DNA of 54,864 nucleotides, from positions 44,772,945 to 44,827,808 of the forward strand of contig NC_068987.1 in NCBI RefSeq assembly GCF_001194135.2, read 5' to 3'. The DNA comes from Octopus bimaculoides. Taxonomy: Eukaryota. The position numbers were made by a program, and so were the translations under genes. The notes under the pieces are model-generated. The model was not told the origin of the DNA, ran no database searches, and worked only from the letters and a program-made list of their open reading frames with translations. Below are positions 51,400 to 54,864 of this stretch, piece by piece; the first letter of the stretch is position 1; each line of letters starts with the position of its first letter.

Positions 51400-52675
51400 T
51401 CAAATTCTTTTACTTCTGACACATGTTTCGAAGATATCACTGGAATAAAATGGTATAAAACAATGTAATCTTCTCTTCAGGGAAATGAAGAAATGAAACT
51501 CGTGAATAAGACATTTTAACAGAATAGATGGATATGTATAGTGATCACTGTTTCTGGGATTGTGTGTTGATATAAATAGTAGTGTTTTGAGATGAGTTGT
51601 GGTGTTATGTCTTGTTGTTCTTAGTGTTTTTATGTCTAATTTTTTGGCACGTATAATTCCCTCATCTACAAGTGAGGGTGGATATTGTCTTTCAGTAAGC
51701 GTTGTTTTGAGGTCTTGAAGACGAAGGTCCCGAGTTGTTCTATCAGACACAATTGTGCAAATCCTTGTTTTGGGTGGCATGAGCTAAAGAGGAGATATTG
51801 TTTAGAATCAGTTGGTTTATAATAGATGTCAGTTATGATTTGATTGTTGACTATTTTTATCATGATGTCTAAAAATGGAAGCTGTTCTTTGTTATATTCC
51901 ATTGTGAATTGAATGTTACTATTTATATCATTTAGTGTTGATTTGAAATCCAAAAGTTTGTCAATATTCTCCTTCCAAATGATGAAACAGTCANNNNNNN
52001 NNNGGGGCTACTTTCGTTCCCATCACAATTCCGCATTTCTGACGATAGTATGTGTCATCAAATAGAAAATAATTGTTCTGAAGTATAAATTTTAAAGATT
52101 CAATAATAAAGACCTGGGTTATGCGTTCCGGGAGTACTTCAGGGTATTTTTCCAGCCAGAATTTAATTGTTTTTATTCCATAATCATGTGGGATGTTGAT
52201 TAATAACATCGAGCGTAACCAATATTGCCTCTTCATTAATTGTTTTTGGTAGGTGTTCTAGCATGTCTAAATCGTCTCTAATGAAACTTTTGATGTATTT
52301 CAGCAAGGGTTTCAGTAGGATGTCTAGAAAATTGCTTAGGCGGTGGGTTTCACAGGCTGGGCCAGCTATAATGGGCCTTAACTTTAAGTCTTCTGGCGTT
52401 TGGATATTTATGTATTTGCCTGGTGTTTGTTTGCAGGCTTTATTGATTATCTTGCTCTTGTGTATTTTAGGAAGGCCGTAAAAAAGACTGGGTTTGCATT
52501 TGAAGTTCGTGATGTAGTCTGTGTCTTTTTCTCTCAGGCCTTTTCCATATAGAAGAATTAAGGATGCAAGATTTTTCATTGTTTTTTGTTGTTTATAGTT
52601 TATAACTTTTTCGTAGAAGGCTTCGTTTTCTAGTATGGATAATACTAGGTTTTTATAGCATTCTGTGTCCATCAT
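51400..52675 (-). mobile_element. Penelope-like element reverse transcriptase fragment
   Basis: FYGLPKIHK, LRPII, TLDV..NIP, YRQKCGIVMGT, DCFIIW, LPFLD, IYYKPT and SCHP motifs; frameshifted, with an N gap at 51994-52003 over the catalytic region; no GIY-YIG seen. Confidence 0.9.
51412..51486 (-). ncRNA. Minimal type-I hammerhead ribozyme-like motif at the 3' side of the Penelope fragment
   Basis: atttcc-CTGAAGA-GAAGAT...ATCTTC-GAAA-CATGTGTC-agaagt: canonical core, 6-bp stem II, GUC triplet, stem I with a core-proximal mismatch. Confidence 0.6.
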
Positions 52676-52734
52676 ATATATATATAAGATGAACTTCTTT
52701 ATATATAAGATGAACTTATATATACATATGAGAT

Positions 52735-52880
52735 GAACTTCTTTCAGTTTCCATTAATCAAATCCACTCACAAGGTTTTGGTTAACCCAAGACACTTGCC
52801 CAAGGTGCCATGCAGTGGAATGAACCCAGAATCATGTGGTTAAGAAGCAAACTTCTTACCACACAACCATGCCTGCACCT
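52735..52880 (-). mobile_element. SINE family A head
   Basis: Reverse complement of gtggtaagaagtttgcttcttaaccacatgattctgggttcattccactgcatggcaccttgggcaagtgtcttgg. Confidence 0.75.
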
Positions 52881-52949
52881 ATATTTGTTAGATAATGTAA
52901 TATATATGTAATATACATTAAAAATCTAATATATTAGTATATTTTATAT

Positions 52950-53336
52950 GTCGTTGTTGTTGGCACTCCGTCGGTTATGATGACAATTGTTCCAGTTGAT
53001 CCGATCAACGGAGCAGCCTGCTCGTGAAATTAATGTGCAAGTGACTGAGCACTCCACAGAAATGTTTACCCTTAACGTAGTTCTTGGATGATTCAGCGTG
53101 ACACAGTGTGACAAGGCTGGCCCTTTGAAATACAGGTACAACAGAAACAGGAAGAAAGAGTGAGAGAAAGTTGTGGTGAAAGAGTATAGCAGGGTTCACC
53201 ACCACCCCCTGCCAGAGCCTTGTGGAGCTTTAGGTGTTTTTGCTCAATAAACACTCACAATGCCTGGTCTGGGAATCGAAACCGCGATCCTAAGACCACG
53301 AGTCTGCTGCCCTAACCACTGGGCTATTGCACCTCT
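52950..53336 (-). mobile_element. Well-preserved tRNA-derived SINE (family C)
   Basis: A-box tagcccagtgg, B-box ggtttcgattccc, body shared with 21375, (AAC)n tail. Confidence 0.85.
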
Positions 53337-53339
53337 ACT

Positions 53340-53486
53340 GTGCAAAGGTGGAGCAAGCCCCTAACTCTTCACCTCATTCTAAAACTCAGTTTAATGTCGA
53401 TGGTCCCAAATAGGGACCATATCAGATATTAAGCTGATAAGAACAGATACTACGCTTTGATCTTAGCCAAAAGGCTGAGAAGCGAT
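53340..53486 (-). pseudogene. U2: 3'-truncated U2 snRNA copy
   Basis: atcgcttctcagccttttggctaagatcaaagcgtagtatctgttcttatcagcttaatatctgata... matches the U2 5' end through stem III (ggggcttgctccacc); Sm site altered (gagttttag), substitutions near the branch-pairing region, stem IV absent. Confidence 0.92.
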
Positions 53487-53652
53487 GCTTCTCTTTAATT
53501 TATGCTCTTCTCATTGTAAACTTACCCTATCTTTATACATTTACCACACTCTCTTTCACTCTGTATATTTTATACATATTGAATATATAAAAGGATATCT
53601 GCTATATCTATCATATAAATGAGAGTGTATGTGTGTATCAGGCACATGCCAT

Positions 53653-54048
53653 CAGTAATTACTTAGGGTAGGCAGTTGGCGACCTTTATGTAGTAAAGCA
53701 CACAAAAAAAATAAGCGAAACACAGGTGCACAACTGAGTTGAAGGCAGATCTATTTCTGCCTTTATAGCACGTAAAGAAAATGGTGTTGCAGAAATGTAT
53801 GTAGCACATGCACTACAGCAGTACTATGTGTAGTTTAAATACTGAGATTGAAGAGCAGGGGTGAATTATGCCTACCTAATCTACAAAAACATAAAACATT
53901 TTGCATTTTATATATATAGTAATCAGACTAATCTTCATAATTTTATTGAATTAGGTGCATATTTTGCCATGATAGGAAAATGTTGCTATCGATCTGTTTA
54001 TTCAAGGTAGGCACTGCCTACCTTACCTACCTAGGCAGTACGTCCCTG
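53653..54048. mobile_element. MITE-like element with decayed terminal inverted repeats
   Basis: Right end aggtaggcactgcctaccttacctacctaggcagtacgtccctg; left end ...gggtaggcagttggcgacct is a partial inverse. Confidence 0.5.
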
Positions 54049-54379
54049 GTGTGTATGTATAGCTCCCAAAAGTTCTGAAACAGTGTATCCTTGAGAAAAA
54101 CGGGTTTGAGAAAAATGGGAAGGTATTCAGTTATAATTAATCAAAAAATATTATTTGCTACAAGAAATAATTCAACTTTTAGATTGACAAATCTACCACT
54201 CTCTATCTGTCTCCTGCAGGCTCTCTCTTTTATGTCTTCCCCTCTCTATATATGTTTACCACACCATTTATCACTCTCTGTATATATATCTCTTACGCAT
54301 GCTATCCCTTCTCTCACTATGACATGCAATTACTTTCATTTTGTTCAAAACCTTGTCTTGTAGTGTTTGCTTTCATTTT

Positions 54380-54864
54380 ATGATAGACAGCTATCACACA
54401 GAAAATGCCACCTTCCAAATCCTGTTTTCTAAAATTTCTCTAGAATAAATGAATTACAAAATCAGATTCAGCATGAATCTGATGTGTGGGAGCATTCTAT
54501 TTTCTCTGCCAGTTCCCTTGTCGTTTGACAAGAATTTTCGTGCAAAAGTTGGTTTAATTGCTCTTCAGCAAACTCAACTGGACGGTCAGAACGAGGTGCA
54601 TCTTTGAGGCCAAAATTTCCATTTTTGAACTTGGCATACCAAGCGATTCTTTCAGCTATGGCACCCTCTCCATACACAGCACAAATGTTGCAAGCAGAAC
54701 CTTGATTAAAAGCAAAAAGAAGGAGGTGTTGAAAATGCTCATTTTTCTTAACTTGACATTCCATTTTAATGATCTGAAAATAAACAAAAATAAATTAAAA
54801 TTAACTAGAAAAAAAAAACAAAATAGATTCCAAAATTTTTCAAAAATAGAATTCTCGAAAAAAA
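54380..54864 (-). mobile_element. Mariner transposon remnant, N-terminal HTH of transposase (ORF 54468-54764)
   Basis: MECQVKKNEHFQHLLLFAFNQG...WYAKFKNGNFGLKDAPRSDRP...TTRELA is a mariner DNA-binding region; truncated before the catalytic domain. Confidence 0.9.

Noticed and set aside
53340-53486. Functional U2 snRNA gene
   Set aside because: Truncated before stem IV, altered Sm site, mismatch in stem III and fused to a SINE; treated as a pseudogene.

Overview
AT-rich animal genomic DNA with several N gaps; the microsatellite and retroelement landscape suggests a coleoid cephalopod such as Octopus (inference). Two spliced genes lie tail-to-tail. On the + strand are the last four coding exons of the NMD kinase SMG1 (FATC end, stop at 8640). 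On the - strand is a complete 9-coding-exon hnRNP D/AB-family gene (Drosophila squid/hrp40-like; 325 aa; two RRMs, Gly/Tyr-rich tail, PY-NLS-like end; ATG 39115, stop 16352). The remainder is RTE-clade LINE fragments, several tRNA-derived SINE families, a Penelope-like RT, Helitron and mariner remnants, MITEs, microsatellites and a truncated U2 snRNA copy. Best leads: (i) a ~150-nt hairpin in an hnRNP intron whose wobble pairs favour the transcribed strand; (ii) candidate stop-containing or alternative terminal exons and a 3'UTR intron in the hnRNP gene, which abuts SMG1 at a bidirectional poly(A) element; (iii) two minimal hammerhead-ribozyme folds in Penelope-type sequence; (iv) a U2-SINE chimera. 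Gene models were built by hand from splice signals and remembered protein similarity; repeat boundaries are approximate, and the alternative exons are untested predictions.
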